The notes under the pieces: model-generated
What the model was told of the DNA's origin: nothing
Databases searched by the model: none
What the model saw: the letters and a program-made list of their open reading frames with translations, nothing else
Assembly: GCA_903916665.1 (NCBI GenBank)
Contig: CAIWXP010000162.1
Span: 1-6,189 of the forward strand
Length of the DNA: 6,189 nucleotides
Source of the DNA: Candidatus Iainarchaeum sp.
GTDB taxonomy: Archaea > Iainarchaeota > Iainarchaeia > Iainarchaeales > 0-14-0-20-30-16
Direction of reading: 5' to 3'
Shown here: positions 1 to 6,000 of the stretch, one piece after another
Layout: each line of letters starts with the position of its first letter
Position numbering within the stretch: the stretch's first letter is position 1
Translations under genes and position numbers: made by a program

Positions 1-916
1 GTTTTATTTTCTTTGGTAAATAACTATTTAATTGCATTACTGCTTCTTTTAATTCAATTTCATCTAATAAATCAATTTTATTTAAAATAATAAAATAGGG
101 TTTTGTTTTTAACTCTAATTTATATAATTTTAATAAATTAATTTGTGATTTCATTTCTTCATGGGAATCTAAAATAAAGATTAAAGAATCTGCAATTGTT
201 TTTAATGCAATACCCGTTTGCTTTTCGATAGGGTTTTGTTTACTTTCTGGTCTATCTAAAATACCCGGAGAATCTAATATTTGAAAATCAATAAATCGTT
301 CTGTTATTTTTCCTACTTGTAATCTTTTTGTTGTAAAAGGATAATTTTGTATATCAACATTAGCTTCAGTAACTGCTTTTAAGAAAGTACTTTTTCCTGT
401 ATTCGGAGGACCAATTAATAATATTGTGGGCATATTTTTTATTCTTGGAATACTAGCCATAACTACCATGGCACTTTTTACTACTTCAAAATTAGGTTTA
501 CATCTTTTTACAATTGATACTAATCTTCCATAAAATTCATTTCTTATTTTTCCAACATTTCTTGTGGTTGCTTTTGAAACCAATAATAAAGATCTAGTTT
601 TCAAATCATCTATTGTTCTTGCAGATGAAGTTAAATGAGATAGTGCTTTTCTTAAATTAACAACGTTTAATGAGTTACTTAATAATGCTTTGTATAATGG
701 ATTTAATTCAGCAATATTCGGAAATCTACTCGAAATATTTTTTAATGTTGATGTGGTATCCTCAGCAGCAACTTTTATTCTAGTTCTTTCTTTTTCAATA
801 ACTCTCTGTGTAAAGTCTTTTTCGCGAACTTTTGCAGCTTCATTTTTTGCTTTTCTAAATGCGTTATCGACTAGTTCATCTACTTTTGGTATATAAAATC
901 CTTTTTGAAATCCCAT
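1..916 (-). CDS. nog1: NOG1-family ribosome-biogenesis GTPase (archaeal Nog1/MJ1464-like). The N-terminus is complete and the C-terminus runs off the left window edge (305 codons visible).
   Basis: Not in the supplied ORF track. Manual reverse-complement translation from ATG (916..914) is open for 305 codons to position 1: MGFQKGFYIPKVDELVDNAFRKAK.... The helical NOG1-type N-domain is followed by a TRAFAC GTPase. G1 is GPPNTGKST (386..412), G2 is YPFTTK, G3 is DSPG (263..274) followed by ILDRP, and G4 is NKID (71..82). All motif coordinates were checked in frame. An SD-like GTGAT (921..925 on the - strand) sits 4 nt upstream of the ATG. Confidence 0.9.
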   Translation of the reverse strand, partial: MGFQKGFYIPKVDELVDNAFRKAKNEAAKVREKDFTQRVIEKERTRIKVAAEDTTSTLKNISSRFPNIAELNPLYKALLSNSLNVVNLRKALSHLTSSARTIDDLKTRSLLLVSKATTRNVGKIRNEFYGRLVSIVKRCKPNFEVVKSAMVVMASIPRIKNMPTILLIGPPNTGKSTFLKAVTEANVDIQNYPFTTKRLQVGKITERFIDFQILDSPGILDRPESKQNPIEKQTGIALKTIADSLIFILDSHEEMKSQINLLKLYKLELKTKPYFIILNKIDLLDEIELKEAVMQLNSYLPKKIK

Positions 917-996
917 AATTATCACACTAAATAATATAATTAGTAATATATTATGTGGTTAGAATTCTTTTTAAAGGAGTTTGTAATTATTCATAT
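917..996. promoter_or_regulatory. Divergent promoter spacer between the NOG1 and dioxygenase genes
   Basis: 80-bp AT-rich spacer between divergently oriented genes. On the + strand, CTTTTTAAAGG (966..976) is centred ~26 nt upstream of ATG 997, which is leaderless geometry. On the - strand there are TATA-like ATAATATATTA (rc of 944..954) and AATTATATTAT (rc of 931..941) upstream of ATG 916. Assignment is by position and consensus resemblance only. Confidence 0.35.
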
Positions 997-1776
997 ATGG
1001 TTAATAGGATGCCCGTTGTCTTCATAGGTCATGGTAGTCCAGAAAATGCTTTGGTAAATAATGAATTTAATGCTAATTGGAAATTATTTGGAAAGCAAAT
1101 ACCAAAACCAAAGGCAATTTTATGTATTTCTGCTCATTGGGAAACTTTTAATACTAAAGTGAATTCAAAGTTAAAACCAGAATTAATCTATGATTTTTAT
1201 GGTTTTCAGAAAGAATTATATCAATTAAAATACCCTTGTAATGGGTCTTTAGAGTTAGCAAATGAAATAAAAAACCTATTTAAAAATAAAACCATTAATT
1301 TGGATTTACATAGAGGATTAGACCATGGTTGCTGGGCAGTATTAATTAAAATGTTTCCCAAAGGTGATATACCCATATTGCAATTAAGTTTAGATACAAA
1401 TATTTCATTCAAAAATCATTTTGAGATTGGAAAACAATTAACTAAATTAAGAGACGCTGGAATTTTAATTATTGGTAGTGGTAATATAGTTCATAATTTG
1501 AGTTTATTTAATCCTGATAAATCCTATAAATGGGCAATTGATTTTGATAAATATTTAAAAGAAAATTTAATGAAATTAAATTTTGAGAATTTAATAAATA
1601 TTGAAAGAAATATAAATTTTAATTTGGCACATCCTTCCAATGAACATTATTTACCTTTGTTATATATTATTGGTGCATCAAATAATGAAACACCACAATT
1701 TTTTAATGAAAAAGTAATTTCATCTTTGTCGATGACCTGTATTATTTTTTCTAATACTAAATTAAAATTTAATTAG
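997..1776 (+). CDS. ygiD: 4,5-DOPA dioxygenase extradiol-like protein (YgiD/DODA family, LigB-type class III extradiol dioxygenase)
   Basis: Track ORF 955..1776. Family motifs read directly: MPVVFIGHGSPENAL (GHGSP at 1027..1041), ISAHWET, YDFYGF..LY...YP, GLDHGCWAVL, IPILQLSLD, IIGSGNIVHNL and PSNEHYLPLLYIIGA. These match the conserved blocks of E. coli YgiD-type proteins. The track start at 955 is a GTG. ATG 997 (MVNRMPVVF...) or ATG 1009 (MPVVF...) is more plausible, because family members start a few residues before the xPxxFxGHGSP block and 997 has a TATA-like box at -26. The stop is TAG at 1774..1776. Confidence 0.9.
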   Translation: MVNRMPVVFIGHGSPENALVNNEFNANWKLFGKQIPKPKAILCISAHWETFNTKVNSKLKPELIYDFYGFQKELYQLKYPCNGSLELANEIKNLFKNKTINLDLHRGLDHGCWAVLIKMFPKGDIPILQLSLDTNISFKNHFEIGKQLTKLRDAGILIIGSGNIVHNLSLFNPDKSYKWAIDFDKYLKENLMKLNFENLINIERNINFNLAHPSNEHYLPLLYIIGASNNETPQFFNEKVISSLSMTCIIFSNTKLKFN

Positions 1777-1781
1777 TTTTT
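1777..1781 (+). terminator. T5 run immediately after the dioxygenase stop codon (archaeal oligo-T terminator candidate)
   Basis: TAG-TTTTT at 1774..1781. Archaeal RNA polymerase terminates at oligo-T tracts. The run overlaps the stop codon (1780..1782, rc TAA) of the convergent beta-CASP gene. Confidence 0.3.
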
Positions 1782-2775
1782 ATATTATTTCAAAAGTTTT
1801 AATTTCTTTTAATGCTTTAGAATAGCAGCCTAATTTTTTATTAACAATATTTGCAAATTCTATGTCTTTTCCATGGTAGGTGTAAACTTGTTTTGCATTG
1901 CTATTCACAATATAATCTAATAGGCCATTTACATCACAGTGATCCGATATTTTAAAATGTTCTCCAAATCTAAAACTAGCGCCTGTTGTAGACGCAAATG
2001 CAATACTTTTTTTACTTGCAGTTGCTATGGCATCCACCAATGTTTTTTTAATTTTTTGTGGTGGCAAGATTAATAAATCTAATTCATTTAAATTTCTGTT
2101 AACTGTTAAATAATTTTTTAAATTAACACCGTATTTTGAATAAATATCACAAATTTTATAGGCATCATTTGTTAATCCAATTTCAAAATTTGTATTGTCA
2201 CAAATTAGTTTTACTAACTCCTGTGTTTTACCTAAAGGATAACAAGCAACAATTGGTAATTTACCATTTAATCTATTTAACATTAACCATTTTAAAAATT
2301 TAGTATATTCATTTTTTCTATCTGGAAATACATCCATTAATGAACCATAGGTGCTTTCAATTATTAATATATCTGTGTCTTCAACTGTTGCAGCTTTTGT
2401 TGTTGTGGTATCAATATTATTTATATCACTTGTAATTGTTATTTTAGTTCCATTATATTCTAAAACTAAACTATAGCTTCCTAATACATGACCTGAATTT
2501 ATTATTTTATATTCTAAATCATCAATTTTATATTTTTTATTAAACTCTAAAAATTTTCCAGATTTATTATCGTCGAATATTGAATTTGCAATTTCTAATG
2601 TGGGTGCAGTAGTAAAATAAGTACTAAAATCATTTTTTCTAGGGCCTATATGATCTTTATGAGCGTGGGTAATAAAATTGGTTTCAAAGTTATAGGTCTT
2701 TTTAATAGGGTCAATTGACAATTGAGTATTGTTATGGTCAATTATTATGTTCCCTGCGATTTTTATTTTTAACAT
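1780..2775 (-). CDS. Minimal beta-CASP family metallo-beta-lactamase-fold nuclease (CPSF73/Ysh1-like, COG1236-type), 331 aa
   Basis: Track ORF 1780..2790. A full catalytic motif set was read from the translation (numbering from the track ORF). Motif 1 is LSID(27)P and motif 2 is HAHKDH (2650..2667, verified on DNA). Motif 3 is NSGH(101)VLGS and motif 4 is TSD(122). Beta-CASP motif A is IIE(145)STYG (2344..2358, verified), motif B is SDH(284)CD and motif C is YTYH(306)G. GKLPIVACYPLGKTQELV resembles the CPSF-73 block after ESTYG. The track start is TTG 2790. I prefer ATG 2775 (MLKIKIAGN...) because a TATA-like box lies 25 nt upstream of it and would be too close to 2790. Confidence 0.85.
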   Translation of the reverse strand: MLKIKIAGNIIIDHNNTQLSIDPIKKTYNFETNFITHAHKDHIGPRKNDFSTYFTTAPTLEIANSIFDDNKSGKFLEFNKKYKIDDLEYKIINSGHVLGSYSLVLEYNGTKITITSDINNIDTTTTKAATVEDTDILIIESTYGSLMDVFPDRKNEYTKFLKWLMLNRLNGKLPIVACYPLGKTQELVKLICDNTNFEIGLTNDAYKICDIYSKYGVNLKNYLTVNRNLNELDLLILPPQKIKKTLVDAIATASKKSIAFASTTGASFRFGEHFKISDHCDVNGLLDYIVNSNAKQVYTYHGKDIEFANIVNKKLGCYSKALKEIKTFEII

Positions 2776-2795
2776 AGTTAATAAAAACAAAAATG

Positions 2796-2805
2796 TTATA
2801 AAAAG
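2796..2805 (-). promoter_or_regulatory. TATA-box-like element for the beta-CASP gene (leaderless geometry)
   Basis: The - strand reads CTTTTTATAA (rc of 2796..2805), centred ~25 nt upstream of ATG 2775. It is nearly identical to the CTTTTTAAA box placed ~26 nt upstream of ATG 997. Confidence 0.4.
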
Positions 2806-2848
2806 TAATAGTATGTTTTAAGGATTCATATTAGTTTGGTCTTAATCT

Positions 2849-2883
2849 CATGCGTAAACATAATTTGTTTGTTTTTTTGCATG
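2849..2883 (+). terminator. Hairpin plus T7 run: a terminator-like element with no annotated plus-strand gene upstream
   Basis: CATGC (2849..2853) pairs with GCATG (2879..2883). The inner stem is AAACA (2856..2860) paired with TGTTT (2866..2870), with loop TAATT. It is followed by G and TTTTTTT (2872..2878). All pairings were checked base by base. Confidence 0.25.
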
Positions 2884-2954
2884 ATTTTGGTTAGATCTTG
2901 AGTTTTCTACAATTATTTTTAGGATTTATTAAGCAATAGAATTTTGATTAGAGT

Positions 2955-2990
2955 ATATATATCTTTATATATCTTTATTACATATATATC
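2955..2990. repeat. Short tandem repeat: ATATATCTTT x2 flanked by ATATATATC copies
   Basis: ATATATCTTT at 2957..2966 and 2967..2976 are exact and adjacent. Related ATATATATC copies lie at 2955..2963 and 2982..2990. Confidence 0.5.
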
Positions 2991-3023
2991 AATAGATTTT
3001 GCAAAATTTATTGGAATGAGCGC

Positions 3024-3080
3024 TATGGGCCAGCAAATAATTTTATATAATAATAAAAAATTATATTGCAAAGCCCCATA
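3024..3080. promoter_or_regulatory. 57-nt imperfect inverted repeat with GC clamps, bracketing the predicted TATA box of the large gene
   Basis: The outer pairs are TAT (3024..3026) with ATA (3078..3080), and GGGC (3027..3030) with GCCC (3073..3076); C3077 is bulged. An internal loop (CA / AAA) follows. The inner stem pairs GCAAATAATTTT (3033..3044) with AAAATTATATTGC (3057..3069), 12 bp with A3065 bulged. The loop is 3045..3056. That gives 19 pairs in total. The arms contain the only G+C-rich islands in the spacer. Confidence 0.4.
3041..3050 (+). promoter_or_regulatory. TATA-box-like element for the large surface-protein gene
   Basis: TTTTATATAA resembles the archaeal TATA consensus (TTTAWATA) and has an A-rich stretch upstream. 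It predicts a TSS near 3070..3075, giving a ~25-nt leader that carries the SD. Confidence 0.4.
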
Positions 3081-3087
3081 AATTATT

Positions 3088-3092
3088 GGTGA
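3088..3092 (+). promoter_or_regulatory. Shine-Dalgarno (GGTGA)
   Basis: GGTGA is complementary to the archaeal 16S 3' end (..AUCACCUCC). A 5-nt spacer (ACTTT) precedes ATG 3098. Confidence 0.55.
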
Positions 3093-3097
3093 ACTTT

Positions 3098-6000
3098 ATG
3101 GGTTTAAAGGATTTGTACTATTCTCTTGAAGAGAGTTTTAATAAAAGTATTGATGCTATTGATGCAAAAGTATCGGTAAGATGGTTTTTTAATGCCATTG
3201 ATAAGGTAATACCTAGTTTTATTTTCGTTAATTTAGTTATTTTAATTATTATAGGATTATTAATATTCTTCTTTTTAGTTCCAAAAACACAGTCAGTAAA
3301 TTTTGCCTTTAAATCAAATGGTGTTCAATTAATTGAGTCCTTTGATTTTACTTTAAATGTTGATGGCAAGGATTATTCTGCGAGAGCCGAGAAAGGATTG
3401 GCAACCGTTGTTTTAAATCAAGGAAAGAAGATTAGCATTGAAACTTTGGGAACCAGTGATTATAATATTGATCAGAAGCTCTATGATTTTTCAAATTCAA
3501 TAAATGTTAAGTTAGTAAAAAATATTTCTTTAATTCCAATATCATTGTTTATATTTAATCCCGATGGATCAACTTTCACAAAAGAAGCAAATTTAAATTT
3601 TTCTTGTTCTTCTGGAACAATATCAAAAGAAAATAAAACAAAACTTGGTTCAGGAAATTTATCCATTGATGTGCCAGAAGATTGTGGTACATTAAGTATA
3701 AGTGGACAGGTTGATGGCTATAAATTATCTAAGGGTCAAACCTGTGATAGTACTGCTTGTTCAATAGAATTTTCTCCTAATACTCAAACTAGTGCTTCAT
3801 CAATTAGTTTACCCAATGGTGGAATAAAAGTTACAGTTATGAATGATAATGGAGATGTAATTTCTGGTGCTAAAGTTAAAATATTTGATTCAAAAGATTT
3901 GAAAGATGAAATAGAAGTTAGTTTAACAAATCCTTTAGGAATAACAAAAATATTTTCAAATTTAACTGTTGGAAACTATACAGTTTATGTTTCTGATTCA
4001 AATTATATTGATGGTCAAAAGATAGTGGATGTTACTGATAATACTGTATCAGAAGTTACTGTTCAATTATTAAAATTAACTTTAGGAAAAATAAAAATGA
4101 ATTTTGTTGATGAAAGTAATCTTCCTGTTGCAGGATCAATTGTTTTAAAAGATTCAACTGGAAAAATAATTTATAGAGGTACTTCATTGGATGGTTTATT
4201 AGACATGCCGGTCTATGCCTATGGTAGTTTTTATTTAGATTATAAACCCGATAATAATGCATTATTTCCCTTGGGAAATTATAAATTAGATATTGATTCT
4301 TCTTTAACTGAACAAAAAGTGGTTATTAAGAAAATTAGTTTTTATGATAGCGCAAAAATAAATGTACAAGTTTTAGATGAAGATGGAAAGCCCGTTGAAG
4401 GTGCAAAATTATTTGTTAAGGATGCATTAACACAATTTGATTTGGTATCTTTTGATATGCAAAATTCAGATAGCAATGGTTTATCACATATTATTTTGCC
4501 ACAGGGGGCCTATCAATTTAGAGCCTACACTGGTTTTTCAGAACAATTAAGTGAAACTGTTACAATTATGCCAAATACTTCTGGAGATTTACCAGAACAA
4601 AATATTAAAATAACAATTGTTTATGGTTATAGTCAATTAACAATAAAAGTATTGGATGAATTTTCACAGGCAAAACCAAATGTAAAAGTAAGTTTTTATA
4701 AAAAACCGAATGTTGCCGATGGTAGTACAGTAATAACTGATACGCAAGGAACCGTTGTTCATTCTTTCAAAGCCGGAACCCCTTTGTACTATGTTATTGA
4801 AGCAGATAATTATGTGACCTATTATAGTGAAGCAAGAATATTAATGACCAATATGATTTGGGATGATAATATAACATTAATGCCAATAAAAGAAGATGCT
4901 CCAAGAGTAGAATTTTTGGGATTATATCAAAATTTAGATGGCAATGATGCAAAGGCAATGTCAATTGGTGGGACCTATTATTTAGGATTTAAAATTTATG
5001 TTTTTGATAATCATGATAGCATGGAATTTAAAATAAAAACTGGAGATCAAGGTATTGTTGAACAGGATAAATTATATTTTACTGATGCCTATACTTCAGC
5101 AAATAATGATACAAGATATTCTGATGCAAACATGGATCAATTAACAATGGGCGATACAAAGATTTTTGATTCAACTTGGAATAGCGGAAGTTCTGGAATT
5201 TATACTGTATACTATAAAGTAAATGTAAGAAATAATTCCTCTGTTAAAATGTATGATCCTTTGAAAGTTTCTTGGACTTTGAGTTTAGATGATGTATCAG
5301 TTGCTCAAGAAACAAAAGATTTTTTAGCTGGTACAAAAGGAGTTTGTGCACAGGACGAATTTTGTGGAAGATATACTCTATTAGATAAAACAACTCAACT
5401 CTATGTTGATTCTCAATCTGAAAATAATTTTATGTTAACTCCAGGTCATGAATATGGTTTAACATTTGATTTAATTAATGGTATCGATGGTCCAGAAGGA
5501 GAAATTAAAAATGGAAATTTACAAATCTATAACGCATTATCAAATACTGAAAGTATTACCACTGTAAAAAATGATATTTCATCAAGATCTAATATTCAAT
5601 TATTAAATTATTTAGTATATGGTCCGGGTAATGAAAGAAGAGAATTAACAGGAAATTTATTTGGAATATTTTTAGAAGATTATTCATTTAAAGATCTATT
5701 AAAAAATAGATATATTTCTGGTAATCTTGATTTTAAACCAATTTCTGGACAATCATATATGAATTTTGTTGTTACAGACACAGATAGAAAATTAGTAGTT
5801 CAAGGAAAATCTGCATTATCAATATTATTTAATTCAGTAAGTTCAAGACAATTGGTAGTTAATACATTTCCAGATAGAGTATTGGCACCAGATAGTGATC
5901 AATTATTAACTTTTTTTGTAACCGATGATACAAACACCATGGTTAAAGATGCAATTGTAGGAGTAAGATTAAAAAGACCTCAAGATGATCAATATCACAT

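Noticed and set aside
690-896. Track ORF 690..896 (+), 68 aa
   Set aside because: It lies entirely antisense within the well-supported NOG1 GTPase gene. The translation (FFNVDVVSSAATFILVLSF...) is low-complexity and hydrophobic, typical of the antisense frame of an AT-rich gene.
1221-1412. Track ORF 1221..1412 (-), 63 aa
   Set aside because: It is antisense inside the YgiD/DODA dioxygenase gene, with no motif and no start context.
2884-2952. 12-nt direct repeat ATTTTGGTTAGA (2884..2895) / ATTTTGATTAGA (2941..2952), with a looser third copy near 2834
   Set aside because: It matches 11 of 12 positions and is T/A-rich in a ~320-bp spacer of extreme AT content, which is plausibly chance. There is no symmetric partner and no clear relation to either promoter.
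2930-3060. Replication origin (AT-rich unwinding element with repeats)
   Set aside because: There are no ORB-like inverted repeats with the G-rich element, and no adjacent orc1/cdc6 gene. The AT-richness is not different from the rest of the window.
3481-3666. Track ORF 3481..3666 (-), 61 aa
   Set aside because: It is antisense inside the >1030-codon plus-strand ORF and is a shadow ORF.
4056-4262. Track ORF 4056..4262 (-), 68 aa
   Set aside because: It is antisense inside the large plus-strand ORF. The sequence is low-complexity, with no RBS or promoter.
5345-5365. GVCAQDEFCG as an alpha-2-macroglobulin-type thioester site, given the many MG-like beta-sandwich domains
   Set aside because: The thioester signature is C-x-E-Q, and the sequence here is C-A-Q-D. 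It is more simply a Cys-x5-Cys disulfide loop. An A2M-like architecture cannot be excluded for the unseen C-terminal part.
5447-5461. HEYGL in the large protein as a possible zinc-metalloprotease HExxH motif
   Set aside because: The fifth residue is Leu rather than His (H784-E-Y-G-L788), so the motif is incomplete.
5911-5917. T7 run inside the large gene as an intragenic terminator or slippery frameshift site
   Set aside because: It reads in frame as ACT TTT TTT GTA, inside beta-sandwich module E, which continues normally. Such runs are expected by composition in this genome.
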